64,000 nucleotides of DNA from Eledone cirrhosa (taxonomy: Eukaryota): NCBI GenBank assembly GCA_964016885.1, contig OZ024746.1:65596001-65660000 (forward strand). The letters are read 5' to 3'. The position numbers and the translations under genes were made by a program. Position 1 is the stretch's first letter, and each line of letters starts with the position of its first letter. The notes beneath the pieces were generated by a model that was given only the letters and a program-made list of their open reading frames with translations, did not search any database and was not told the origin of the DNA. Below, piece by piece: positions 1 through 13,240 of the stretch.

Positions 1-513
1 TTTTGCCGCTACACGTATAATAATTAGAGGTTCATTACTGCAGCGTCAGATAATGATGATTTCGATATATACTTTGTACAACACGCAACGATTGTTTATA
101 GGTGTATGTATTGGGGATAAAATATATATAAATGATACTATTTTGAAGTTTTTATTTCGCCGATGTAACATGAAGATGAGAAATCGAAACGTCGTAGTAT
201 TTTTGAAAAGGAATCGCAAAACAAAAACATTATTCCGTGTATATACTAACTAAGAACGTTTCTAATTTCAACCAGCCCTGCATAATACAGATGACAATAC
301 CACTTTATCACAAGGATCTCAGAGTTTTAAATACACATAAAACCCATCTAATCAAAGAAGATGGCGAAATAACAGAGTGTGTTTATATGTGTATATATCT
401 CAAAATACGCAGTAACACAATTACTATGACAAGCAAAACGCCTTTATAATCTCTCTAGAGTTAATGTGAATTAAGTTGAGGTATACATTGGATGAATACT
501 GATATCTAATTAA

Positions 514-731
514 TGGTTTCTTATATAGGCCCGAGGCCAGCAATTTTGGGGGAGGGGAAATTCGATTAAATCGACATCAGTGCGTGACTGGTACTTTATT
601 TTATCGACCCCGTAAGGATGAAAGGCAAAGATAACCTCGGCGAGATTTGAACTCAGATCATAAAATGCCACAACTCTATGCTGCAAAGCATGGCGTCCGA
701 CCCTCTACGCATACTACCAACCCACCGCTCC
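514..731 (-). mobile_element. tRNA-derived SINE family A, full length, 16-bp TSD
   Basis: B box (GAGTTCAAATC on minus strand), conserved core GCCTTTCATCCTTACGGGGTCGATAAAATAAAGTACCAG; TSD ACTGATATCTAATTAA at 498-513 and 732-747. Confidence 0.9.
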
Positions 732-961
732 ACTGATATCTAATTAACACAAACACGGACGAGAAGGCCAAATGTTTATCGTAATGTTCCACTCTTATTT
801 CGAATACATCTCTTGTAAAATTGAATTTACCCCGTCGGATATGTACTTTCTATGAGGAAAATATATTTCCGCCTAAACCCTGTGATGTGCGCTCATAACC
901 CAGTTTCATTTATTACTTAAGTTATTTTAATTTTAATATATATCCTGATCTAATTTAAACA

Positions 962-1098
962 TAATTGTTTCTACTTTTGCCACAAGGCCAGCAATTATCC
1001 AGTGTATTACTGGTACTTTATTTTATCGACCCCGTAAGGATGAAAAGCAAAGTTAACCTCGGCGGCATTTGAACTCAGACTGTAAAGGGACGTAACTA
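962..1098 (-). mobile_element. SINE family A, 5'-truncated
   Basis: Core and 3' tail match the other copies; head missing. Confidence 0.85.
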
Positions 1099-3318
1099 TA
1101 ATGTTATTCAATAATATGTATCGCTGAAATTATCACATCTAACTCAGAAGTTACGCCGTATCTGAAAAGCAGTAAATCAATAAACTGAAACGAAAATTTA
1201 TAGAAAGATTAAGAATTACAATTAGGCTGAAATGCTATCATCAATATTGTAATGGAAGAATTTCGATGATCATGTATTCGAAGTGATTACAAAAAGATCA
1301 ACACACGCACACACACTCATACACACACACACATACACACACACACATACATACACACATACAGATACACACATACCACCTCGCAAATATGTGTACATAG
1401 GTATATGTGTATGCGCTTATATGTGTGTAAGTATGTGTATGTGCGTGAGCGTATGTGTATATGTGTGAGTGTAGTTTTTCACAACACAAATTTTCTATAT
1501 CTGACTACTTTTATAATAAAACGTACTTATTCTGAATTGGTCGTTCAACATCCCGAATCATTCAACGACAAGAACGCACAAGTTTGTATGGATATTATTA
1601 TCGTTCATCAGCATATTGTTTCAGCCTCGTTAGCAAAGCATTACAGCATGTTGAAGAATTGTATGCAAATAAAATTTCATTATTATGCAAGGAAGACATG
1701 CAGATGTATCAAGTTGTCTAAAGGAATTTATATAACATTCACAAATTGCAAAAGGTCATTAGTGATGTAAGCAAGAAGAATCTAAACCAAATTGTAAAAG
1801 CTAACATTGTAATTTCCGCCTAGAATTTGAGACATGGTCGTGTCACTTTTGATAATTTGTTTCATGATTGTGTACCGTTGTCTGTGTTGAATAGAGGTGT
1901 CGTTGAGAAATACATACAACTAACTAAATGTGCCCAGCAGAAAAATGCAAGCAGCAGGAGTAGGTCGTTATAAGTTAAAGTTTTATTAATGTCTTGCGAT
2001 GAAGAGAGATGGGCTCAATGTTCTTTCTTATGCTAAGGGACAGCACACACACGTGACTATTGTATATCTACTTTTACTGACATGGCAAAAGAAACAGCAT
2101 TTACATTATTGTTAATGCTGTGAGTTTTGTATGTGAGTTTTCATGAATACCTCTGTTTGTATCTCCACATTGCTTGTTGCTTGTAGAAGAGATATATTAC
2201 AGCAATCAGAGTATTGAATTATTTCAACGAGTTTCAAGAAGGTAATTTTATTATGTGGCGATATTTCGTTAATTAATAAGAGAAAGAATAAACATTAGGA
2301 AACGCAATTAACTACAAGTAAGGCATGACAGAAATAAGGTTTGGAATTAATTTTCAATTGCGCTACGCACTACTCTCTTTTTTCCAAGCAGAATATAAGT
2401 AGAGAATTTGTTAAATTGAAATATATTATTCACGCTTATCTTCCATATTGTAGCACGCTATGATGTTATACAATCGGCGTTATGAATATTATGTAGAATA
2501 TATACGGCGAGTGAATGAAGTTATGATATAAAAAGGAGAGAGCTAAAGGAAATAAAATGAGATATTCTTGAATGTTTCGTTGTCATAAAAATATATCTAT
2601 TCATTGTTCAAATGAAAGTGTACAGCAAGATATAATCGATTGACTTCAACGCTAACATTTATAAGAATGATAACAATAAATATAAACAATGTTATCATAC
2701 GGTATAAAAAAATGTAAATGTTTCACATGAAAAAAAAAACTAACGTTAATTGATAAGTGAATACTTGGAAAGCAATGTCAAGAGGATGGAGATTTTGAAA
2801 TTGAAACATATTGACGCAATGATTACAATGGGATAAATAATAAATGTGGATAATGTTAGTCATACTATAGAGATGATTGAAATATCAAACAAATATTACA
2901 ATTATACATAACACAATAAAACTGATTTTAATTGAACCACAATATAAGAAATGTCAGTAGAATACAAAGTAAATGCGCTGGAGGAAAAGAAAGAAAACAG
3001 CAAAAATCTATAAAACAAAGTCGAAGAACAAAGTAAGAAACGAAAAGTAAATAATAACTGAAAATCGGTAGGTCAACAAGCTTAAATGACAAATTACCTC
3101 AAGATTAAGAATTACAATTAGACTGAAAAGCTATTCTCAACGATATAATAGATGACTAAAGAAAACCAATGAATGATTATATAACGTGTATGCGTATATG
3201 TATATATGGTATAGCGATATAAAAATACTCACGAACACTCGATATAAAACAAAGACACACATATATACACACACATATATATGTGTATGTTTGTTTGTTT
3301 GTGTCTATATGTTGTATG

Positions 3319-3349
<31 letters not shown>

Positions 3350-3351
<2 letters not shown>

Positions 3352-4480
3352 GTTGGCCATGTTGAGGCCCAAATCTTTGCCCAGTACACCGGCCCCACGC
3401 CCGAACTGTACGGTCGTTACATCGACGACTGTATCGGAGCCACGACCCTCACCCGGGAACAGCTCGACTCCTTTCTCTCCTTCTTCTGCTCCTTCCACCC
3501 CTCCCTCCACTTCACCACCTCTATCTCCATCACCCACGTCCACTTCTTAGACATCTCCGTCGCTTTCAACCCCTCCCACCACTCCCTCGTCACCTCCGCC
3601 TTCTTCAAACCCACCGACTCCCACTCCTACCTCGAATTCACCTCTTCCCACCCTACACACACTAAACACTCTATTCCCTACTCCCAACTCCTCAGGATCC
3701 GCCGCCTCTGTAGCCGAGATGCTGCCTTTGAGTCCCAGGCCCTTTCCCTAGTCAGCCATTTCATGCGCAGAGGTTGCCCCCCACCCTCTCGTCCACACCA
3801 CTCTCACCCGCGCCCGTGCTGTCCACCGCTCCACCACCCTCACCCCACGCCACCGCACACCCACCCACCGTCTCCCCTTCCCAATCACCTACCACCCCTC
3901 CACCATACCCCTCCACCACACCATCCTCTGCCTCTTCCGACGCCTCCAGTCCGACCCCTCCACCTCCCACATCTTCCCAGCCCCACCACTCCCCTCCTTC
4001 AAACGCGCACGCAATCTCCGCACCCTCCTCGTCCACAGCTCTCTAACCCCCAACCCACGCTCTCCTCCCCCCGATTCCCTTACCTGTTCCAGGCCCCGCT
4101 GCAACACCTGTCCCCACATCACCAACACCAGCACCTTCCAGGGTCCCAACGGCCACTCTCTCTCTGTCCGGCATCCCTTCCGTTGCAACTCCTCCAACCT
4201 AGTCTACGGACTTCGCTGCACGGAGTGCAGCGCAACCTACGTCGGACAGACTGGACGTCGCCTGGCGGACCGGTTTACCGAACACCTCCGAGATATTCGT
4301 CTCGGTGGTAGTTCCTCCATCGCCCGCCACTTTGGTGCCCCTGGACATTCCGCACACCACCTCACAGTCTGTGGCCTACTCCAATGCCACGGAACACCCG
4401 CCACTCTCCTCAGGGTCGAACAACAAACCATCTTCACCTACAAACCCACACTCCCTCCGGCCTGAACTCCCCACCCTTAT
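3350..4480 (+). pseudogene. PLE reverse transcriptase C-half plus GIY-YIG endonuclease, frameshifted
   Basis: RYIDD, FLDI, KPTDSHSYL..SSHP, SIPYSQLLRIRRLCS; after a frameshift CSRPRCNTC..C linker and NLVYGLRCTECSATYVGQTGRRLADRFTEH. Confidence 0.92.
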
Positions 4481-5935
4481 TCCTTTAGCCTTCGACCGCA
4501 CCCCTCCCGCACACCTATCCCCCACTAACACCACTAACACACCCCTCCTTTTCACCGCCCACCCCACAACTAACAATACTAACACCTCCACCCCACACCC
4601 GACCACCCTTCCCCAACTAACATACTAACATCCCTCCCTTCTTCTCCCCCTCCCCTTATCACACGCACACACCCACCGGTACATATATACACGCGCTCAC
4701 ACTAAACACACACCCTACTACCACCACTAACCATCACCCCCACACATCCACCCCACCACCCCACAACTAACATCACTAACACCACCCGAATCCACGCACA
4801 CAAACACACACACCCACTTACACCACCCACTCTACACGCAACTAACATCACTAACACCCCAACCCTACGCACACGAACACACACCCCCACTTACACACCC
4901 ACTCTACACACCCTACTACCACTGACCCCCACTCACACCCGCATTCAATCCTTTCACCACCTCCAGTATACTAACACCCCCTTCACCACACACACACTCA
5001 TCCAAACACGCACACACACCAGTACACTACACTACCTCCACCGGCCCCCACACCCTTCTCTCCCCGCTCCACCCACACCCTTTCTCACACACACACATCC
5101 CACTAACAACTCTACTAATACACTCCCGCCCACTCCAACTTTCACACCTACCCATCCTCTGCCCTGTCCACCGCACCTCCGCACACACTGACACACCGAC
5201 TTTCTTCACTTACCATTCTACCCGACTGCTGCTATGCCCTTATCTCTGAGCACCTCCCCGCACACACAGACACACACCCCTCCTCCTGCCTTGACCCTCT
5301 GACCACTTCCTGTTGCGCGCGCACCCCACATCTCCCCTCTTCTGACCAACCACGGATTACACATATTGAACATCGATCCCTAGAATCCACCACATCCCAA
5401 GGATATTACCCAGCATTCCACCACATCCTCTACGGAACTACCTTAAGGATTCACCCACTGATATACACTCAACAAATTCTTTTTCCCACACGCCACCTAC
5501 ATCCACAACACGCATAAACACCACACACACACGTGCGTACCACCACATATTTACACACTCAGCCTCCGGAATCCTCTCCCCCACCCATATGACCCCTCCC
5601 CATCCACACACGCACACACACACCGACCTACACCCCACCCCGCACACACCTCTTCCCGAACATGCAACCCCGTTCTTCCCCCAACTCTTACTTTCACATA
5701 CACACACACACACACACCACCTTCAGCCCTCCCCGATCGGATACCCCACCTCCCACTCCTCACTCCACCCGACACCACCTCTACACGCCCCACACCGTTC
5801 CACCACCTGTTTTACTTCATGTTTATTTTTATTTTTATTATGCTTTTATATTTAATTTCATTTCACCCCCTTTTTTCTATTTGTCTCCCCCCACTCCCCT
5901 ACACACCCTTGGAACTCTCTTCCCACACACTTTTC

Positions 5936-5967
5936 ACCTGAAGAAGGGATTATGTCCGAAACGTCGT
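5936..5967 (+). ncRNA. Minimal type I hammerhead ribozyme motif in PLE 3' end
   Basis: CTGAAGA-A-GGGAT TAT GTCC-GAAA-CG-TC; palindromic ACGT stem III; stem I only 2 bp. Confidence 0.75.
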
Positions 5968-6052
5968 TCCCACCGCCACCCCACTCTCAAGAGTGTGAAA
6001 CTAATAAACCTCTGTTCGTACTGCCTCTCTGTTCTGTTCCCGTTCAATTTGT

Positions 6053-6090
<38 letters not shown>

Positions 6091-6104
6091 GACCAGCCAC
6101 CGGA

Positions 6105-6177
6105 TGCCGAAACCCGGGATTGAACCAGGGACCTTTAGATCTTCAGTCTAACGCTCTCCCAACTGAGCTATTTCGGC
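6105..6177 (-). tRNA. TRNAF-GAA: tRNA-Phe(GAA)
   Basis: GCCGAAATAGCTCAGTTGGGAGAGCGTTAGACTGAAGATCTAAAGGTCCCTGGTTCAATCCCGGGTTTCGGCA, canonical 73-nt eukaryotic tRNA-Phe with intact A/B boxes. Confidence 0.97.
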
Positions 6178-6202
6178 CGGAGAATTATATTCCCATTTGC
6201 CC

Positions 6203-6208
6203 TTTATA
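6203..6208 (-). promoter_or_regulatory. TATAAA about 26-31 nt upstream of tRNA-Phe
   Basis: TTTATA on plus strand at the expected TFIIIB position; could be chance in AT-rich DNA. Confidence 0.45.
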
Positions 6209-6249
6209 GCATAACTTTCTGCATTTACTGCGGTTATTATTCGGGTACA

Positions 6250-6893
6250 ACTTCTGAGTTAGCCTAAGAAAATATCTATATGCGCGTGTAATTTATACAA
6301 GCATATATTTATTTTTTTTATTTTCAATTGAGTTCTTAAACACGTTGGATTGATAATGTTTTCAAAAAAACTAATTAACCCGCGTGTATATTATTTTTAT
6401 TGCTCATTTCGTGGATCGTGGGTTGTCTTCCCTTCCCGCTTCGTGTCGCTATGATACTTCCTCAGTCAAAAACTTCTGGAATTTCAAATTTGGCGGTCAT
6501 TCGAGGTGAGAGAGAGCAACTTTACGGACATGATTTTTGACAGCGGTAAGAAATTGTTTTCTTATATCAATGTTTAATGGGCTTCCACTGATGATTTATA
6601 AGTGCCCACCTAAATATATTCTTAAATGAATATATATTAGGCTTCTACATAAACTGGAAACATTCTCCCAAACTTGTAGAAAACTTATAATGAAACAATT
6701 GTTTGGAAAGAGAGATATACTTTAACATTAATTATATCTCATAAAATAATACAACTGGTTTTTCCACATTATACATATTGTTAGCACCCCAAACACTTAA
6801 ATTGGGTTTATATTTTAATATAACCTAATGTTTGTTGAGTGAGATGGTTACCAGTCAGAGTTTAGCTTTAAACTATCTCTGTGATTGTATTAA

Positions 6894-6895
<2 letters not shown>
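6250..6895 (+). repeat. ~700-bp HHR-containing dispersed repeat, copy 1
   Basis: Colinear similarity to 14225-14820 and 60150-60306; ends in (TA)n. Confidence 0.8.
6583..6708 (+). ncRNA. Type I HHR with branched stem II
   Basis: Stem I TTCCA/TGGAA; CTGATGA; stem II TTATAAGT/ACTTATAA enclosing two hairpins; GAAA; stem III ACAATTGT palindrome; GUU site. Confidence 0.8.
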
Positions 6896-6949
<54 letters not shown>

Positions 6950-7077
6950 ATGTATATGTGTGTGCAGCTATTTAATACTCTGATTTCATTACATACAACT
7001 GTGATATATGACTTTTCAGTCAGGATTGTTACGTGATGCTTTTAGGAGTACTAAAGTTAAAGTTTCCTTATCTTTTC

Positions 7078-7165
<88 letters not shown>

Positions 7166-7577
7166 GTATATATATGTGTGTGTGTATATATGTGTGTGTG
7201 TGTTATATATATGTGTGTGTATGTGTATATATATATATGTGTGTGTATATATATATATGTGTGTATATATACGCACACACACATATATATATATACATGT
7301 GTGTGTGTGCGTATGTGTGTGCATATGCATACACACACGCGCGCACGCACGCGCACACACACACACACACACACACACTCATATATATATATACAATGTT
7401 AAGGTATCAAAACATATTTGATATGTATGGTAATCGAATTTCTCTTTAAATAAACTCAATGGACCGTAATGATTTAATGATTTGTGTGTGTGTGGGTGTG
7501 TGTGTGGGTGTGTGTGTGTTTGTATGTGTGTGTGTTAAATGAAACCACAAGGTTCATGGCGGAATCAACTCATTTAC

Positions 7578-7647
7578 TATCTTACGCGCGTTTCACATAC
7601 AACAATAAAATCAAATGTATTCAATTACTGACAGGTCATCAGATATA
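7578..7647 (-). ncRNA. Degenerate type I HHR motif
   Basis: CTGATGA ... GAAACGCGCGTA on minus strand; stems I and II poor. Confidence 0.5.
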
Positions 7648-7949
7648 AAAGAAGGTAAAAACCTTTCTACCAGGGAACGAAAATAAGTCCAGTAACATAT
7701 CCACAGACGATATAATCAAATTGCTTATCTATTATCATTTAACCATTTTAAGTCTATAAGCACTGAGTATAAATATAATGGAAATTAGACTACTTGAAGA
7801 TTATTTCTTATATTCTTTCCTACATATGATATGTTTCAAGTCAGATTAACATTTCCTCAGAAAAGTTGAATAATATTCAACTTGTACTTTACAGCAAAGG
7901 TTTATATATATATATATATATGAAACAATTCAGGACTCTGACGGCTGAG

Positions 7950-7991
<42 letters not shown>

Positions 7992-7997
<6 letters not shown>

Positions 7998-9002
7998 TAA
8001 AGTTAGTCTTTCATCAGTGATCTTCCAACCATCATTGGTATTTCATCGCTTTAAAGACCTTATACCTCCGGTTGGTGCGAGCAACGGCTAAAAAAAGTCG
8101 TTGGGACACGTAAATAAAGTAGACACGAGAGTGTAAACAACGAAAGATGGTGAAGCAACGAAAAGTGAGGAAGAAGGAGTCAAGTCCCAAATTTCCATGA
8201 ATATAAGTTCGGTGAAATCGTGAACGAGAGAGAATAAAGACCATCAAACCTGGTTGGAATGTGAGCAAGGAAGGAATTCCGTACAGGTCTAACGGGAGGA
8301 AGACGGAATCTAGTCTGTGAATTCGGTGAACATAAGTTCTGTGAAATCGTAGACGAGAGAGAGAATAAAAGCGAACCTGCCTGACCAAGGGTGCGAAAGA
8401 AAAGAAATACGCACAGGTCAAACGGGAAGAAGGAGGAGGAGGAGAGGTAGTAACAGAGAGTGAGTGAGTGAAGGGTGAGGAAGAGGCTAACAGAGAGAGT
8501 GACTGTTAGACAGGGTAAAGATACAGAGAAAGAAGAAGCAGTAAAAACGAAATAGACGGGTCACAGCGGGGGGAAAAATATGTGTAAATATGAGAATAAA
8601 CGTGCTGCGTGGTTGCTAATGGGTTACATATGAATAAAGTTAGTCCTTCATCAGTGATCTTCCAACCATCATTGGTATTTCTATCGCTTTAAAGACCATA
8701 TACCTCCGGTTGGTGCGAGCAACGGCTAAAAAAAGTCGTTGGTACACGTAAATAAAGGGGACACGAGAGTGTAAACAAACAAAGATGGTGAAGCAACGAA
8801 AAGTGAGGAAGAGGAGTCAACTCCCAAATTTCCATGAATATAAGTTCGGTGAAATCGTGAACGAGAGAGAATAAAGACCATCAAACCTGGTTGGAATGTG
8901 AGCAAGGAAGGAATTCCGTACAGGTCTAACGGGAGGAAGAAGAAATCTAGTCTGTGAATTCGGTGAACATAAGTTCTGTGAAATCGTAGACGAGAGAGAG
9001 AA
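7992..9002 (-). repeat. Partial tandem duplication (7992-8365 and 8628-9002), PLE pLTR-like
   Basis: Two ~375-bp near-identical copies; both break at the same point shortly after a minus-strand CTGATGA; flanked by (TA)n. Confidence 0.8.
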
Positions 9003-9086
<84 letters not shown>

Positions 9087-9313
9087 TTTGATTGATATCC
9101 AGCGTCTTTTGCAGCTATTGGGATATAGAAACTTCATAGTTTTATGACCCTAACTGAAGTTAATAGCAGTCGCCGTATTTTGTTTATGACCCTAACTGAA
9201 GTTGATAGCAGTCGCCGTATTTTGACTGCTTGATCTTCATAGGAGGGAATAACCTGTGAGAGTGAACATTGCTAATTTCTCCCTCATATGAAGAATTTGA
9301 AGACAATTCATTT

Positions 9314-9387
9314 TCACCTGATGAGATCACTGATAATTGATCATGGCTTCACGATCGATCTATCTCTTATTGAAACATGTGTCGTGA
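9314..9387 (+). ncRNA. Type I HHR motif
   Basis: TCAC-CTGATGA ... GAAA-CATGTG-TC-GTGA; stem I TCAC/GTGA, GUC site. Confidence 0.7.
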
Positions 9388-9691
9388 TTAAAATGATTGG
9401 AAATGTTACCTTGCCTTCGGATTTTCATTTTGATATATATAAATATATATATATATATATATTGTTATACTTGGGGAGTGTCATATTGTTGTAATAATAT
9501 TGCCAGAAATAATAACAGAACACACTCACTGTTTGGTTGGTCTTCGCTTCTGTATCTTTTATATCACCCCAGTTAATTCATTCGGTCCTCAATGTTTACC
9601 ATTGACTGACCAACGGTAAACAGTAGAGATATAATATAGATATAGATATAACCACATATATATAGTCTAACAAGCCAAGCAGACGCACTGC

Positions 9692-9753
<62 letters not shown>

Positions 9754-9757
<4 letters not shown>

Positions 9758-9926
9758 GTTTCTACTTTAGGCACAAGGCCAGCAATTACTCAGTGCATTA
9801 CTGGTACTTTATTTTATCGACCCCGTAAGGATGAAAGACAAAGTAAACCTCGGCGGGATTTGAACTCAGACCGTAAAGGGGAAGCATGGCGCCCGACTCT
9901 CTACCGATACTGCCAATCCACCACCC
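9754..9926 (-). mobile_element. SINE family A
   Basis: Head, core and tail present; flanked by TA repeats. Confidence 0.9.
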
Positions 9927-12179
9927 TATATATATATAATAGGATTGATTGCTATTGTTGAAACACATTATTTTACTATTATTCTCTGTGAACATATCAA
10001 CGATGCTGCCAGTAACACTCAAGAACACCAGGCAGCGCTTTTTTACGATTCGTTAATATCTCATCAGTAATATTCACTCATCCTGTACTGACATGTAAAA
10101 AATATTAAAACCTATATATTTTTCCTTCGATAACACATTTGTTTAAACCCTGTCTTAGTGCTACTGGCAATTAATTAAAACCAGCCAAGTTCCCAGTATA
10201 TGCAAATGAGCATGTCCCAACAATGTTTATTTATTTCCTATATGTAGATGAGCATCTCTAGCAAATGTTCATCGAGCAAAATCTATTCAGACTCTCATCT
10301 ATATTCCTGTTTCTTTGATGAAATTTTAAAGAATCTTGAATATGCGCTTTTTTTGCATTCTCCACCGTTATTGACAAAATCCGTGTCATGTTCACAGGAA
10401 AAAATAATGTTTCGTTACGAAAAATTACAAATAGATAAAGTAAAGCACATCTTACAGAATTCTTCCCTAAGACAATTTCTTTCTAGCTAATTTGCCTTAT
10501 TGCCCGTCTTCGTTGCATGCAGCTAATTTTGCTCATTATGTGTCGTATCAACAGGGGTGATTAAGCATTGTTCGAAGCGTATCCGTGTCTTTTCCTCGTT
10601 TTTTATAAAGTAAAATCTCCTTCAACCTGCGTCCTTGATTCTAAAATGTTGTTCAATTGATAGTGATTAGGTTTTCTTCTCTTTAGAATTTAACTCGGAG
10701 TTTTCTTTGGTTTTCCTTTTCGAACTAATATCGTAAAAATGAGCTCAACAATTTTTCACGGGGTGTATTCAGAGTATGCGAAAATGATATTTAGACTAGA
10801 ATATATCAATATATTTCTATTATTACCAAACGTCTAGCTGCCTAAAAAAATCATATAAATAATATAACAATTCAATATAGTTACTTTCTAAAGAAAATTA
10901 TGTTAAGCTTAGCAAGGAATCTTTTTGACATTTATTATTAAGAATTATATGTGGAATAAAGTATACATTTTGCACGGCATGTTCCTTATGTTATTGGTCT
11001 TTACGAGTTAGCAAGGATTTCTAAAATAAGATAGCAAATTCTGGGAATCAAATGAACGAATGCATTATATTCTTCATAGCATTCTCATAAAAAAGAATCA
11101 TGCCATTATCGCAGTTAGCGAAAAAATATAGATTATTTATCTTTAAGGATACATTTAGAATGGCTTACTTGAAGTTAAAATAAAAAGCATTTCTGAATAT
11201 ATATTTGAATTTGAATATCGCACGGCATAATACAAGCATCATAGTGAGAATTTGAGAAATTGTTCTTAACTGGTTTCATATCTAAACAGAGAGATCAGAA
11301 TATATTGCACGTTTTCAGGAAAAAACTTATGCATCGGGAAAATGGAGAGTAAAGACAAGAAAAAACTTCAAAAACCTACATCGTCATATTCTTTATGCGT
11401 TTGATGTACTAGAAGGAAAAGTAAAAACAACGGAAGGCTGTAGGTTTTCAAACAAATGAATATGGTGAATGTTAAAGTAAATGTGTATAATAGTGATGGA
11501 AGAGAAACATTAATACACTCGGCGTAAAGAAAATGTGTCAGCCCTCGTTACCTGAAGAGTATTGACAATAACAAATTTCCTCAGTCAATTAAAAGTAGTT
11601 TTATGACATTAATAAACATATAATGCTGACAGCGATTTAGTAAAATACGAACAACATATGAATGGCTTATTGTTATTTCAATAACATAATATCGCTTGAG
11701 TCTACTATGTCTAAAATCTGAAGAAAATATTATATTCAGACAACCAAATTGCGCCTATATAAGAAAGATAAAACATAGTGTATTTGAATTATGGAGATAT
11801 GTAGAATAAAATATAGGCTAAATTAATAAGAGAAATGAAGCAATATGCAAATTGAATAGAGAAGAATATCGAAATATCTAGTAAAATTAGAAACACACAC
11901 TGAAATATTTAACTCATACTTATATCCACTGTGATTAAAATGGGAATAAGATGTTAGATGGGAACTCGTGAAAGGTCCAGGTTAGATGATTAGAAAGATA
12001 AAGCAGGAATAAATGTAGCATAAAATCTCAAATATTTTCAATCAACTCAAAGTCAGACAGAATTCCAAACACATTTACTGTATGTTTTCCATGGTGAATT
12101 GTAGTGGAAACTCATTTACGTTACCACACACACACACACACACACACACACATTTATATATATATATATATATATATAT

Positions 12180-12352
12180 AGTAATAATAATAAATTTGAA
12201 GACTAAAATCCAAAGAGGGCTCGATATAGATAAATATATATCAAATATATAAGAACCGTAGAGCAAATATTGACTTTGTTAATTTCAGAAGATCCCGTTA
12301 AGGGTGAAAGCAACGATTATTTGCTTAAACTTTAATCTGTTATTTTAATAAA
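12180..12352 (+). repeat. PLE-terminus-like module with inverted tail (family also at 12676-12722, 23955-23987, 44205-44285, 60355-60520)
   Basis: 60355-60520 reads HHR-like(CAGAAGA..GAAA)-AATAAA-tail; here the tail is placed reverse-complemented 5' of the head. Confidence 0.7.
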
Positions 12353-12412
12353 TATATATATATATATATACGATATTAACAAATTGAAACTATATTTATA
12401 AAACCATTTTTA

Positions 12413-12472
12413 TTTCATTATACATATTTCAAGACACCAAGTTAAATTATGCTGTCCTTTCATCAGATAAAA
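12413..12472 (-). ncRNA. Type I HHR, canonical core
   Basis: TTTTAT-CTGATGA-A-AGGACA...TGTCTT-GAAA-TATGTA-TA-ATGAAA; 6-bp stem I with one G.U; same family as 63202-63550. Confidence 0.75.
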
Positions 12473-12721
12473 TATAATATAGATCAGTTTTATAAATAAA
12501 TATTGACATACCCTTAAATAATGCAACCATTACTGTTGGAAGCTCCCGGATAGTTTGTTAATATCGTATTTTTACTCCAAATATTTGTTGAGTGCTTTAT
12601 ATCAGTTATAAAAATATTTGTTTGTTGTATCCCAACAGTTTAAATAGAACTCTTACATATATATATATATATATATTTATTAAAATGACAGATTAAAGTT
12701 TAAGCAAAGAATCGCTGCTTT

Positions 12722-12802
<81 letters not shown>

Positions 12803-12812
12803 ATATATATAT

Positions 12813-13048
12813 ATAGGAACAAGTAAGACCCCGACGGCTGAGCTTAAGCCGTTTGGACGGCTAATTCTGTACTGAATGAAAATTTATTCTGCTATTAAAT
12901 TTTCATTCAGTACAGAATTAGCCGTCGAAACGGCTTGAGCTCAGCCGTCGGGGTCTTACTTGTTCCTATTACCCACTCTACTACCCTATGTATTGAGTAC
13001 TTTGGTGCCTTATGGTCCACCTGGTTCCTTACCACATTTCCTTCGTTA
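12813..13048 (+). repeat. Fold-back element: 74-bp arms (12813-12886/12896-12969) plus 80-bp tail
   Basis: Near-perfect inverted repeat containing the 3' half of an HHR (GAAACGGCTTGAGCTCAGCCGTC-GGGGT); tail also at 23990-24120 and inverted at 24831-24921. Confidence 0.9.
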
Positions 13049-13240
13049 TATATATATATATATATATATATATACGGGGTAACAAATTATTGTTATATGT
13101 AGTCCACTTAAGTGTAGTCCAGTTATGGTACTCCGGGTAGTGGATGATATCAACGCTTGGCTAAGTTTGACTCAACAAGGCGTTTCCATAGTGATGCTGC
13201 GAGTACGCTGTAATTCATATGTTCTAAACACTTGGAATAA

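Larger units (their letters stand above)
3350..6055 (+). mobile_element. Penelope-like element (Neptune-type), 5'-truncated, inserted in (TA)n
   Basis: RT and GIY-YIG coding remnant 3350-4480, ~1.4-kb C/A-rich 3' region, HHR at 5936-5967, AATAAA at 6003, (TA)n on both sides. Confidence 0.9.

Noticed and set aside
1620-2280. Stop-interrupted frames with SFHEYLC..MWRYFVN, echoed by IFQEYLW..FMRYFLN at 30199-30290 and YFAHFVF at 36161-36508, faintly like the NACHT/NLR winged-helix motif
   Set aside because: No Walker A/B motif or other domain support and many stops; compatible with chance. An HHpred/tBLASTn search would be needed
7033-7449. Many ORFs rich in YI/CV/HT repeats (also 13544-15104, 21495-22025, 39403-40366, 43979-44509, 57112-57974)
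   Set aside because: Translations of (TA)n, (CA)n and (TATG)n microsatellites
9141-9223. Two 42-bp tandem copies
   Set aside because: Simple local duplication with no spacers; not CRISPR-like
10040-10070. Minus-strand CTGATGA followed by a short stem
   Set aside because: GAAA box and stems I/III absent; not counted as a hammerhead
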